A stretch of DNA of 64,000 bases from a phage. A program made the position numbers and the translations under genes. The stretch's first letter is position 1, and each line of letters opens with the position of its first letter. Where the stretch lies: the sequence record PZ445447.1, one strand, 5' to 3'. Positions 36,361 to 45,325 of this stretch are shown here, piece by piece. The notes under the pieces were generated by a model. It made no database searches. It saw only the letters and a list, made by a program, of their open reading frames with translations, and was not told the DNA's origin.

Positions 36361-36641
36361 CAACGGTCTCCATCAGGTGGTTGTGGGACGTAAACACTGT
36401 TACGAATATCGTCAGCAGTGTAGTAATAAGTGGTTCCAACCCTGTCTCGGGCTGCAATGTACTCTGCTATACCAATAAGTGCCATTGATTTGGTGGCGTA
36501 TCTTCCCCACTCGTTAGCTCCCCAGTAGAATTTAGACCAGTAAGGAATAAGACCGAACAAATATACCTTTTGACGAACTTCCCAGTAAGTGCCTTTTCCG
36601 ACAAGTTTAAACTCGACTTCACTACTGTTAATCTTTTTCAT
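36360..36641 (-). CDS. hypothetical protein
   Basis: GAGGGAG RBS; W/Y-rich. Confidence 0.55.
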   Translation of the reverse strand: MKKINSSEVEFKLVGKGTYWEVRQKVYLFGLIPYWSKFYWGANEWGRYATKSMALIGIAEYIAARDRVGTTYYYTADDIRNSVYVPQPPDGDR

Positions 36642-36728
36642 TATCAATCTCCCTCTACCGTGGTAGGATTGTCAGTAAGAAATTGAGCATTGGCTGGAGG
36701 CACGTTTTTACATATTTAACAAACATCG

Positions 36729-36914
36729 TCACCCCTCATCGCACGTCTGATATAGCCACTCTATAAAATCTTGATACCATTCGCCCTCTGAGCGCTCCGT
36801 AGGCCAATAATCTTCACCCTCTCGTGCATTAAAATCTGAGTATTCAACTTTCCACTCCTTTACCAGCTCGTGGAGAAGGTTTTCAGCCTGCTCTAAAGAT
36901 TTATTTTTTACCAT
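36729..36914 (-). CDS. hypothetical small acidic protein
   Basis: AAGGAGA RBS; 61 aa. Confidence 0.5.
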   Translation of the reverse strand: MVKNKSLEQAENLLHELVKEWKVEYSDFNAREGEDYWPTERSEGEWYQDFIEWLYQTCDEG

Positions 36915-36997
36915 TGCTGTCTCCTTTTTCAAGATAGTTATACATCAGAACTGCACCACCTAAGATGGCTACCAGTAACAATACCCCAGATAGCATC

Positions 36998-37150
36998 TCA
37001 ATAAACATGGCTTGAAACACTGGAAGGCCTCCCTAAATTAACGCACCATTTTAAATACATGCTCTTTTCCCATAAAGGTGCCTGGCTAAGATCTGCGTAG
37101 AACGCAATCTCTTTAAGAACAGTATAAACAGTTTTAGGTGCGGTCTCCAT
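36998..37150 (-). CDS. hypothetical small protein (51 aa)
   Basis: AAGGAGGG RBS 6 nt before ATG; in frame with ORF 36998-37195. Confidence 0.35.
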   Translation of the reverse strand: METAPKTVYTVLKEIAFYADLSQAPLWEKSMYLKWCVNLGRPSSVSSHVY

Positions 37151-37370
37151 CCCTACCCTCCTTTTTCTCCTTACGGATATTCTTGTAGTAATCAACCAGG
37201 CACATTATCACGATGAAGATAACAACAGGCCAAAAAGGTGCAGCAGTGATGATGGTGATAAAATCATCAAACTTCACCCTTCGTCTGGACACGATGCATA
37301 CACCTGTCAAGAATACCGCTGTTATAACGGACATTACCAGGTAACCTATTAGCACAACATTTATACTCAT
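37134..37370 (-). CDS. hypothetical membrane protein (two TM helices, charged C-terminal tail; holin-like topology)
   Basis: GGGAGGA RBS; 78 aa. Confidence 0.55.
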   Translation of the reverse strand: MSINVVLIGYLVMSVITAVFLTGVCIVSRRRVKFDDFITIITAAPFWPVVIFIVIMCLVDYYKNIRKEKKEGRDGDRT

Positions 37371-37400
37371 TGGTCCTCCCTTTGTAGGTTAAACTGTATA

Positions 37401-37925
37401 CTACAAATGGCAACTGAGGGTGTCAAGAAAATTATCCCGTTCTTTCTCAGAGTTTTCATGGGTGTAGCTGAAAAACATATCGAGAATAACCTTATTGATA
37501 TATTCCAGCTCCTCTGTGTTCAGATGCTTAGCAGGATCTACAATGACATCCCAAATATCATACAGACCACACTCATGATACCCATAACGCCACTCAATTG
37601 TCAAGCTGAGCGGCAAATCTTTACCGTCACAAACAACCTTCCATCTACATATGTTGGTATCTGGTCGTATCTGTGCACGGTACACCTGTACAAAATCCAA
37701 TTTGAATTTGAGGTACTCGTCATACAATTTAAGCACAAAGCTCTCGATTTGTGGAGACACTTTTGCAGCAAACTGTGCGTATTTGTACTTGCACTGGATG
37801 ATCTTTCTGCGTTTTGCAGTTAAATTTTTTGCCGCCAGTTGTTCTTCAGTGTATCTCCACCTACGATCAACAAACGCAACAGGGTCTTTGTCCCCATAGA
37901 GGTCTTCCCAGTTAATCAGAAGCAT
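37401..37925 (-). CDS. hypothetical protein
   Basis: GGAGGAG RBS; 174 aa. Confidence 0.6.
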   Translation of the reverse strand: MLLINWEDLYGDKDPVAFVDRRWRYTEEQLAAKNLTAKRRKIIQCKYKYAQFAAKVSPQIESFVLKLYDEYLKFKLDFVQVYRAQIRPDTNICRWKVVCDGKDLPLSLTIEWRYGYHECGLYDIWDVIVDPAKHLNTEELEYINKVILDMFFSYTHENSEKERDNFLDTLSCHL

Positions 37926-37930
37926 ACCTG

Positions 37931-38164
37931 TCACTCCTCCACAACTTCAAGGCCTTTACCGCCTCGCTCTGGCAGATTACTTAAAGATAGGTAATACATA
38001 TAATCAGGAGAGATCCTGCCAGACTCTGCACCTGCAGCTAGTAAATCCTTCCCTTTAACCAGGACAACATTCTCGTTTGCAGATAGCCGTTTTGCTTCCA
38101 CAATTTTACCAACACAGTCAACCAAGGAAGGGTACCCTAAATCTGTAAGAAATTTAACTTTCAT
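37931..38164 (-). CDS. small protein, paralog array member (family A)
   Basis: AGGAGG RBS; starts MKVKFLTDLGYPSLVD; ends ...GLEVVEE. Confidence 0.65.
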   Translation of the reverse strand: MKVKFLTDLGYPSLVDCVGKIVEAKRLSANENVVLVKGKDLLAAGAESGRISPDYMYYLSLSNLPERGGKGLEVVEE

Positions 38165-38203
38165 GCTACCTCCTGCTTCTACCGTCCCCGGTAAGATAAA
38201 TTA

Positions 38204-38602
38204 TTACTGAACAGAGCGCGGAGCTGGGAAGGATAACTCTTCTAAAGAGAAGATTTCATTCCCCACAATCCATGTTGCAGGATCATCTGGGTTGACTGGA
38301 TAGATAATCATCACCTCGTCAGTGTTACATACCCGCTTTTTACCTGTGGAGTCATCAGCAACCAGCATGCGCGGTTCTTCAGAAATGCACAGGTAGCCTC
38401 CTCGGCCCACTGTTCCTTCCACAGGATCTTGTCCTTTGATCACGATGATTATCTTCTCTCCTGAGGTGATATTACCTTGCACACTCACCGTTTGACCAAC
38501 TTTAGATGTGCCGAACTTGGTGGTTTCAAACATTAAATCTCGAATTACTGTTGCATAGTCTCCAGACACTTTCTTACCTTCTTTAGTGATCTCAATCTTC
38601 AT
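38204..38602 (-). CDS. hypothetical protein
   Basis: 132 aa; starts MKIEITKEG. Confidence 0.55.
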   Translation of the reverse strand: MKIEITKEGKKVSGDYATVIRDLMFETTKFGTSKVGQTVSVQGNITSGEKIIIVIKGQDPVEGTVGRGGYLCISEEPRMLVADDSTGKKRVCNTDEVMIIYPVNPDDPATWIVGNEIFSLEELSFPAPRSVQ

Positions 38603-38838
38603 ACACTGGGCTCCTTAAATGAATCTATGTAATCAATTAAATCCCAAGCATCCCTATGACCTGTCAGAGGGTATACTTCTCCAAGAGGGATCATAGCAAT
38701 AAGTCTATCAAAAACCCAAGCTGGACGCAACATTTTATGGTGATACTCCCACTCACCCTCTACAGATTTTTTCTGAGTAATCAGGATCTCTGTGTAGTGT
38801 TTCGCCTGTCTTGAGTAAATTGAAAATGACTTGTACAT
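38599..38838 (-). CDS. hypothetical protein
   Basis: ATG after AAGGGGGTCA RBS; in frame with ORF 38599-38865. Confidence 0.55.
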   Translation of the reverse strand: MYKSFSIYSRQAKHYTEILITQKKSVEGEWEYHHKMLRPAWVFDRLIAMIPLGEVYPLTGHRDAWDLIDYIDSFKEPSV

Positions 38839-38872
38839 AAATGACCCCCTTGTTGATAACAACAATACACAA

Positions 38873-39157
38873 CTACCAGGTTACTGTCAAGTAGGCAACC
38901 GTGTTATTTTTCTCTGGAGAGATGCCAACAACATCTACCTGCAGACCTCCTGCCCTCAAATCCCCAACAATATGCGGGAAGTAATCTGAGAGATGTGAGG
39001 GTAGATTTATCGAAAATCCGCATCCCAGAAAGCCTGCTAACGCTTTATTTTGTATCTCCCCTACAATCGCATCATAAATGGAGTTAAGCTCGTCAGGGAG
39101 CGTTACAGGACGTTTTAGCGCTAACTGGTGCAACTTGTCCTTAGCACTCATTTTCAT
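38873..39157 (-). CDS. hypothetical protein
   Basis: ATGA overlap with methyltransferase stop; in frame with ORF 38873-39226. Confidence 0.5.
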   Translation of the reverse strand: MKMSAKDKLHQLALKRPVTLPDELNSIYDAIVGEIQNKALAGFLGCGFSINLPSHLSDYFPHIVGDLRAGGLQVDVVGISPEKNNTVAYLTVTW

Positions 39158-39687
39158 TTCAAATCTGCCTCTGGTGGTGCCAACCACATAAATGGCGGCA
39201 AGTCTAGACGGTTTTTCTTGTCCCATACAAAATATGCATATGCCTGACCATCCGTTCTACCATTGGATTGGAATGACGGGCGCTTAGATATTGTGATCAC
39301 AGTGGTAGGTGCATTATCAAGCCACCATTCAAATCTGGCCTTGCTTTCCAGAAAATTAAGACGCAAAAGCATAATAACTACGTCGGCATCTTTCAACGCC
39401 TTGTCTACAAACTCACGAGCCAGACTGTATGGTGGGTTGGTGATAATACAGTCAACATGGTTGTATTCTGTATTCAGATAGTCAACACCTTCTTGGATTT
39501 CTCCCCATGCAGATCCTAACGGCATACGGGAGTAGAACACACCTGAGGCACTATTCCTGCAAGGCTCTAAGTAGGTCCAGTCTTCTGGGAACGGAATAAG
39601 GTCATACAGCCCTTCTGCACACCACTCCGGTGTTACATACTCATCGTAGGCGTTACGTTGTTCATCAGGTTTTCTAGCACAAGTCAT
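39154..39687 (-). CDS. DNA adenine (N6) methyltransferase, phage Dam-like
   Basis: Catalytic motif IV ITNPPYS; GGAGA RBS; 177 aa. Confidence 0.65.
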   Translation of the reverse strand: MTCARKPDEQRNAYDEYVTPEWCAEGLYDLIPFPEDWTYLEPCRNSASGVFYSRMPLGSAWGEIQEGVDYLNTEYNHVDCIITNPPYSLAREFVDKALKDADVVIMLLRLNFLESKARFEWWLDNAPTTVITISKRPSFQSNGRTDGQAYAYFVWDKKNRLDLPPFMWLAPPEADLK

Positions 39688-39738
39688 GCAAATCTCCAGA
39701 TCATAAAAGCCCTCCGAAGAGGGCTTTAGAATTAATGT

Positions 39739-40788
39739 TTAAGCTTCTTCGACAATTCCTGCACCCAGGATTTTTTCATTGAGCTCTTTTGCTGTTTTAA
39801 TAATATTGTCCACCAGACGCTTGCGCGTCTTATCTTTCACCTTAACCTCTTCACCGCCGTTCAGAGTAGTCTTCAATTGAGACAGAATATCCTGAAGTTC
39901 AACGACAGAGAATCTCTGCAGATCTTCTGAAGTAATCTCACTCAGGGCAATTCTGACAGTCTCGCCACTTTCCATCTGCAGATTCAGGAACACAGTGTGA
40001 ACATCACCTTTCGAACCACCCGCTTTTGCAGATTCAACAGCATGAACTAACTCATCTAAAGATGTGCACTGGTGAATCTCCGGAAGACCTGCTTCACCTA
40101 ACACGCCTTCTTCATCACCTTTTGCCAAAAGCTTTTTCGGTTTTTGTCCGTTCTGGATGCGTTGTATGTTGCCTTCATCCAGAATAATAGCTCCAGTGCG
40201 TGCTGCCAGCTCTTCTCCGTCCAACCACACTTCGCCACCAGCTGTGATGGATGCGATCTCATCTTCTGTCAGCACCCCACCGTAGTATTTTTCGATCAGG
40301 CGTTCAAAACGTTTTTTCCAGTAGCTGACCTGAGTATTCATGTTCACACCGTTACCATAAGTGCCACCTTGATAGTAGTGGAACATAAACTCTGTGTCCG
40401 GAGCCACAGTACGTTCTTTACAACCAAGCCATAAGATTGTTCCAGCAGAGCAGCACATCCCTTCAGCATGTGCAACAACGCTTGCCTGAGACTCGCGGAA
40501 TGCCTGCAGATAAGCCATTGCAATGTGCACGCAACCCCCAGGACTATTGATGATCACCCGAATGCTTTCTTCCGGCTGAGCCATACGGATCGTCTGCAGA
40601 CGAGACATATGATCTTGTAAGTCTTCCAAATCGTCGATATAAAGAACGTGGTCAACAACAGGTGTTGGGTAGCTGTATGTTTCCATAATACCACCCGGCA
40701 TACCAAACATTTTATTACTCATAGGTTCGAAACCGTTCTGTTTTTCTTTCATGCCGTGTACCATGGTGCTGCGAGGTGTTAAATTCAT
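39739..40788 (-). CDS. ClpP/S14-like serine peptidase with C-terminal extension
   Basis: INSPGGCVHIAMAY (ClpP INSPGG-like) and GMCCSAGTIL (catalytic Ser region); about 150 aa extra C-terminal helical domain. Confidence 0.65.
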   Translation of the reverse strand: MNLTPRSTMVHGMKEKQNGFEPMSNKMFGMPGGIMETYSYPTPVVDHVLYIDDLEDLQDHMSRLQTIRMAQPEESIRVIINSPGGCVHIAMAYLQAFRESQASVVAHAEGMCCSAGTILWLGCKERTVAPDTEFMFHYYQGGTYGNGVNMNTQVSYWKKRFERLIEKYYGGVLTEDEIASITAGGEVWLDGEELAARTGAIILDEGNIQRIQNGQKPKKLLAKGDEEGVLGEAGLPEIHQCTSLDELVHAVESAKAGGSKGDVHTVFLNLQMESGETVRIALSEITSEDLQRFSVVELQDILSQLKTTLNGGEEVKVKDKTRKRLVDNIIKTAKELNEKILGAGIVEEA

Positions 40789-40848
40789 GAGAAATCCTTA
40801 ATATTGGAAGTTGAAAGCTATTTATTTAAACCTGATTCACATTTACCT

Positions 40849-41160
40849 TTATTTAGCAATCACTAGGGAATACTTACGATTGTCAGAAGCATCACAGCTC
40901 AATGATTGCCAGTCTACCACATACCACGTATCATTGTCAACAATTACTTTATCGCCTGTTCTGTAGCAGGTGCTGCTTTCAATAATCCGAGACTCGATAA
41001 AGAATCTGTGTCGGCGCTCACGTAGCAACGCTAAGTTGATTATATTACCACCACTGTCCTTGATCCACACATTCTTGGATCCTTTATTTGCCAAAATTGT
41101 CTCGCCGTTATAGACAAACAGGCAGTATATTTTATTCAGTCTCTCTTGTATTGTAGCCAT
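40849..41160 (-). CDS. hypothetical protein
   Basis: AGGAGA RBS; own promoter 41191-41219. Confidence 0.6.
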   Translation of the reverse strand: MATIQERLNKIYCLFVYNGETILANKGSKNVWIKDSGGNIINLALLRERRHRFFIESRIIESSTCYRTGDKVIVDNDTWYVVDWQSLSCDASDNRKYSLVIAK

Positions 41161-41190
41161 ACTATCTCCTTCTACTTGTCTTGTCCGATA

Positions 41191-41219
41191 ATAATATCTA
41201 AATCTTACCTGTTTGTCAA
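41191..41219 (-). promoter_or_regulatory. sigma70-type promoter (minus strand)
   Basis: Minus-strand TTGACA, 17 nt spacer, TATTAT. Confidence 0.65.
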
Positions 41220-41263
41220 CAACTGTTTTAGATATTTAAGGGTGGAATAACCACCCTTCTGTA

Positions 41264-42052
41264 TTACTCGGAAACAGGGGTCCAAATATGATTTGCACGA
41301 TCCTCGATAAGATTGAGTGCAATCTGACGACCCAACCCGGAACGAACGACATCATCTGGACTATCAAAGCTGATCATTCCAACCTCAGGATCTGGATGGC
41401 GAGTAAAGAAATCCGTCACCCATGCAAGGCCAGATTTACCAGGGATGTCACGTTGGCTATTATCACCCATAATTACAAGGGTGGCTTGATCAGAGATCCT
41501 TGTGATAATTGACAACATTTCTTCAGGGTTAGTTTGCTGTGCCTCGTCAATCAGGACAAAGCATCGCTCATCGAAACTACGACCACGAATGCTTTCAACT
41601 TCACAAATCTCGATACGACTGTTCTGACCGTCTCCCAGCATTGCGGCAAAAGCACCTTTGCCAACACGGAGACAAATCGTGTCCATCATGCTTCGAAGAT
41701 AGGGCCACAGTTTCTGCATTGCATTTCCAGGTTTAAATCCTGAAGTCTTTCCTGTCTGAACGTAAGGGCGTGCAACAATGATCTTATCAATCTCGTTCTT
41801 ACGCAGAAGATCACCTGCATATGCAGATGCCATGAACGTCTTACCAGACCCAAACACACCGTTTACAATAATAATCTTACGTGACCCTAGATAATCAAGA
41901 TACTTTTGCTGCTTCTTGTTCATTGGTCGGAGAGCTGGAGCGGTGTGCTCTCTTTCGTCAGCAAATTTCTCAGCAGCCTTACGCAGGCGATCAGATTTTC
42001 TAGCCTCTCTAGCTTCATCACGCATGCGTTTTGTTTCTTTAGCTCGACCCAT
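41264..42052 (-). CDS. phoH: PhoH-like ATPase
   Basis: Walker A GVFGSGKTF; LIDEAQ; GDNSQRD; AAAGGAG RBS. Confidence 0.85.
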   Translation of the reverse strand: MGRAKETKRMRDEAREARKSDRLRKAAEKFADEREHTAPALRPMNKKQQKYLDYLGSRKIIIVNGVFGSGKTFMASAYAGDLLRKNEIDKIIVARPYVQTGKTSGFKPGNAMQKLWPYLRSMMDTICLRVGKGAFAAMLGDGQNSRIEICEVESIRGRSFDERCFVLIDEAQQTNPEEMLSIITRISDQATLVIMGDNSQRDIPGKSGLAWVTDFFTRHPDPEVGMISFDSPDDVVRSGLGRQIALNLIEDRANHIWTPVSE

Positions 42053-42090
42053 GTTGGGACTCCTTTCAGATTGAGATGTGCCAAGTACTT

Positions 42091-42441
42091 TTACTGCAAC
42101 AGTTTTTCAATAGCCGCTTCCATGCTGCTTGCAACAGCCTGAACTCGGATATTCATCTCTTCTTGGTGGATCAGCTCCTTAAGCTCTTTAATGGTAAATT
42201 CTTTAGAGAAACCTTCCACCATAATCTTGTGTAAGGCTTCTTGCGTGTCTACTTGCAAGAACTTTTCCAGTTTGTTGGCAGAGGCTTCTAAATCAGCCCG
42301 AATGCGAGGGTCATCTGTGCGATTCAGCATTAGGCGTAAGCCATCAAGATTAGTAGAAATAGCGTCTGCATGTTGAGTAACTAACCGTGGCAAAATGAGA
42401 TCTACAAACTTATTAGCCAAATCGATACGTTCTTGTGTCAC
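42091..42441 (-). CDS. hypothetical protein
   Basis: GTG start after AGAGGGGGTG; 116 aa. Confidence 0.5.
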   Translation of the reverse strand: MTQERIDLANKFVDLILPRLVTQHADAISTNLDGLRLMLNRTDDPRIRADLEASANKLEKFLQVDTQEALHKIMVEGFSKEFTIKELKELIHQEEMNIRVQAVASSMEAAIEKLLQ

Positions 42442-42551
42442 TGTTGCACCCCCTCTTCATCCTCATGATGTTTCTTTTCACGCTTGTGTTTTTTCTTGAG
42501 CTCAAGCGCAATTTCTTTTTTGTACGCCTTCTTCAAGGCTTTTTTAGCCAT
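42438..42551 (-). CDS. hypothetical small lysine-rich protein (37 aa)
   Basis: GAGGAGGTG RBS then ATG; MAKKALKKAYKKEIALELKKKHKREKKHHEDEEGVQQ; promoter 42583-42612 upstream. Confidence 0.45.
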   Translation of the reverse strand: MAKKALKKAYKKEIALELKKKHKREKKHHEDEEGVQQ

Positions 42552-42582
42552 TTGGCACCTCCTCTGCTTTCATTTTACGATA

Positions 42583-42612
42583 ATTATACCTATCTGAACA
42601 AAGCTTTGTCAA
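42583..42612 (-). promoter_or_regulatory. sigma70-type promoter (minus strand)
   Basis: Minus-strand TTGACA, 18 nt spacer, TATAAT. Confidence 0.65.
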
Positions 42613-42615
42613 CAG

Positions 42616-43089
42616 CTAGTCTACCTGGACCCAACCGCCTGATACTTTTTTAAACATTCTTTGGTTATCGCTGCCTCGGAACGGTTTCTTGGTTGGTAAA
42701 TCTTTTACATACTTACCGTCAATGATGATATCAGCCAGTTTAAGAACATCACTAGAGATATGGTCAAATGTGAACCCAGTATATACAAGAATAGTTTTCT
42801 TGTCACCAAATTTTTCCTTAATTTTCTCCATCAGGCTAATAATATCTGGCTCATTATAGTATGCTAAGGGTTCTCCACCCAGCAGAGAGATACCGCACAC
42901 AGACGGGTTATCTAAATCTGACAAGATTTTTTGCAAGTCTTCTTCAGTAAACTCTCTCCCCTTATCTTTTGACCAAAATGCCTGATTAAAGCAACCAGGG
43001 CAAGCGTGTGGGCACCCAGATACCCATAAGGCAGTTCTAATACCTGGCCCTTCGGTGTAAGATATTTCTGTGTATCCGGCAATATTCAT
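42616..43089 (-). CDS. nrdG: anaerobic ribonucleotide reductase activating protein (radical SAM)
   Basis: CPHACPGC cysteine motif; 157 aa; downstream of nrdD. Confidence 0.8.
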   Translation of the reverse strand: MNIAGYTEISYTEGPGIRTALWVSGCPHACPGCFNQAFWSKDKGREFTEEDLQKILSDLDNPSVCGISLLGGEPLAYYNEPDIISLMEKIKEKFGDKKTILVYTGFTFDHISSDVLKLADIIIDGKYVKDLPTKKPFRGSDNQRMFKKVSGGWVQVD

Positions 43090-43202
43090 AGATACTCCGC
43101 ATCACATTTAGGGCAATGCCAAATAAAATCGTCCAGTGCCTTGCACCAACGAAGATTGCAACGACAACCACACTTGCAAATTTTATAAATACCTGTAGAC
43201 AT
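43086..43202 (-). CDS. hypothetical small cysteine-rich (zinc-ribbon-like) protein (38 aa)
   Basis: AGGAGG RBS; CKCGCRC...CPKC; ATGA-coupled to nrdG; not in ORF track. Confidence 0.45.
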   Translation of the reverse strand: MSTGIYKICKCGCRCNLRWCKALDDFIWHCPKCDAEYL

Positions 43203-43265
43203 ACTGTACCTCCTAGCTCACTGTATGTCAATAATATGCCACATCCTTGTGGCTTTTGTCAAGTA

Positions 43266-44471
43266 TCAGCAACCACAACTTCCGTAGTGCTTAACCCGTT
43301 CTATAACTTCCGCTTGCTTACCTTTATTGTAAGGACGGGAGTTTGGACTAGACAGGTACCCGGATACACGTCTGATCACACTGATCGTTCCCTCTTCATG
43401 GTTTCCACACTCTGGGCATACGAATCCCTTAGCTGTTGCACTGAACTCACCAGAGAAACCACACTTAAGACATTTATCCACAGGCTGGTTGATACCAAAA
43501 TACATAATGTGTTTATATCCGAAATCAACAAGAGCTTCCAAAGCATCTAAGTTGTTTTTCAGATTTGGTGTCTCTACGTATCCGATGTTGCCACCAGAGG
43601 ATATCATAGCAAAACCTTCTTCATACTCCCACTTATCAAAAGGAGAGCTATTGATCCATACTGGCTGATGGAAACTGTTGGTGAGATATTCATGCTCGTG
43701 CTTCAACACTTCAGGATATTCACGATCCAGACAGGTTGCAGCTTTATAGCATAGACTCTCAGAAGGGGTGCCGTACAAACTAAACGCTAGTCTACTTTTC
43801 TTCTTGTATCGCTCACAAGCATCTCTCATGTGCTGAAGTATTCCAAGAGCTAAAGCCTTGTCACCCTCTCTGCCCAAAATCTGACAGGTTTCATACACAC
43901 CAATATACCCAATACTGATGGAAGCGTACCCGTCATAGAAGAGTTTATCAATACTCTCTTCAGGATCCAGGCGAGCAAGAGCGCCTTCACACCACATGAT
44001 AGGGTTCTGCCCTGCCTTAGTGCCTTTCAGACGGTTAACCCTTACAAGGTGAGCTTCATATGCCAAATCCAGATACTCGTCAAGAACGGAAAAGAAATCA
44101 ACACCTTCCGTCTTAGCTTTTGCCGCAATCATTGGCAGGTTAAGACTAACAACACCCAAGTTGAATCTGCCGAGGTATTTCTCCTCACCTGTTTCCAAGT
44201 CATTGTATTTGCTAAGAAAACTCCGGCAACCCATGCTCGTTACTTTACCATCTGTCGAGCCTGTCACTTTACGATTTAGTGGAACAGAAACAAAGTCAGG
44301 ATAAATCCGCTCTGCAGAGCATTCCAGAGCTAATCGTTTCAAATCATAGTTAGGATCTCCAGGGTTCATGTTGACACCCTCTTCTAGGAAGAACAACACT
44401 TTAGGGAACACAGGTGTGATACGTTCTTCACCAAGACCCATTTTGTGGACTTTCAAGTAGTTTTTGGTAAT
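43266..44471 (-). CDS. nrdD: anaerobic ribonucleoside-triphosphate reductase, exon 2 (C-terminal part)
   Basis: C-terminal CxxC pairs and glycyl-radical-like RVSGYL; exon start placed right after intron terminal G (inferred). Confidence 0.7.
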   Translation of the reverse strand: MTKNYLKVHKMGLGEERITPVFPKVLFFLEEGVNMNPGDPNYDLKRLALECSAERIYPDFVSVPLNRKVTGSTDGKVTSMGCRSFLSKYNDLETGEEKYLGRFNLGVVSLNLPMIAAKAKTEGVDFFSVLDEYLDLAYEAHLVRVNRLKGTKAGQNPIMWCEGALARLDPEESIDKLFYDGYASISIGYIGVYETCQILGREGDKALALGILQHMRDACERYKKKSRLAFSLYGTPSESLCYKAATCLDREYPEVLKHEHEYLTNSFHQPVWINSSPFDKWEYEEGFAMISSGGNIGYVETPNLKNNLDALEALVDFGYKHIMYFGINQPVDKCLKCGFSGEFSATAKGFVCPECGNHEEGTISVIRRVSGYLSSPNSRPYNKGKQAEVIERVKHYGSCGC

Positions 44472-45325
44472 CATTCTACCAAAGACTGAGGTGTCCAGAC
44501 CTAAACTTAATGTGATGAATGGAGTCTGCTGTCTCCTCCCTGTGTTTCCACAGGGCCAGACTATCTCTTACTCTACTTCAATAAGATAATAACCCTTTAT
44601 TGTGAGATGCTTACCTTCGGCATTTCCTTCGATAGCCCTATGAACGTTACCTACGTTCAAATTTAAGGCTTTTGCACAGGCATAGAGTGAAGGATATTCA
44701 CCCACCAAGGTTTTACCTTTGTATGCCTGCACTTTCCTATAGCACTTACCTGGACAAAGTCCTGTTCGGAAAGCATGTCTCTTATTATCTTCCGGCAAAA
44801 CCCACTCTAGGTTAGACGGATGATCATTCAATGTATTGCCATCTTTATGATTCACTTCCCAGTTTTCAGGGTCTACTGGGACATCTGGCAAACAATACAA
44901 GGCAACAACCCTTGAGGTTTGGATTCGAATCTTTTTGCCTTTGTGGTTGAAAGAGTACATATAACGGCGTTTAACATGCTTGTTACCTTTTCCATAACCT
45001 CCCCACAATATTGGGTGCAGCATTCCACGTTTTCCGTATACGTTTCCAACCTCATCAATCACATAGTTTGATTCTTCACCATTAAGAATGATCTTTTTCA
45101 TAGAGCCTCTCCATTTCGAAGTTAGCATTTCAACTAACCCCTACACTACTTGGTTCAGAAATGTTTGTCAAGCATCTCTGCCTTTCGTTAGTCGTTACAA
45201 CCGTTCCAACTCCTGTAAGAACTAGTCACGGGATTGGCATAGCTTTCGCCTTAGCGTTCCCCGTTAGCCGGATTTACCGACCCCTCTTATGAGGTTAGGA
45301 GAGTTTTACAACGGCCAGTTTGTTA
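44472..45325 (-). mobile_element. group I intron interrupting nrdD, carrying an HNH homing endonuclease ORF
   Basis: Begins UAA right after exon 1; contains AACGGGGAAC and CAAUCCCGUGACUA elements resembling the T4 td/nrdD intron core as I recall it; ends AAUG before exon 2. Confidence 0.7.
44568..45128 (-). CDS. HNH homing endonuclease (intron-encoded)
   Basis: NHKDGNTLNDHPSNLEWV HNH motif; same strand as nrdD. Confidence 0.8.
   Translation of the reverse strand: MLTSKWRGSMKKIILNGEESNYVIDEVGNVYGKRGMLHPILWGGYGKGNKHVKRRYMYSFNHKGKKIRIQTSRVVALYCLPDVPVDPENWEVNHKDGNTLNDHPSNLEWVLPEDNKRHAFRTGLCPGKCYRKVQAYKGKTLVGEYPSLYACAKALNLNVGNVHRAIEGNAEGKHLTIKGYYLIEVE

Noticed and set aside
44911-44935. tRNA T-loop-like GATTCGAATCC on the minus strand
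   Set aside because: Flanking sequence cannot form a T-stem or acceptor stem, and it lies inside the HNH endonuclease coding region. No other tRNA-like structure was found in the non-coding regions.
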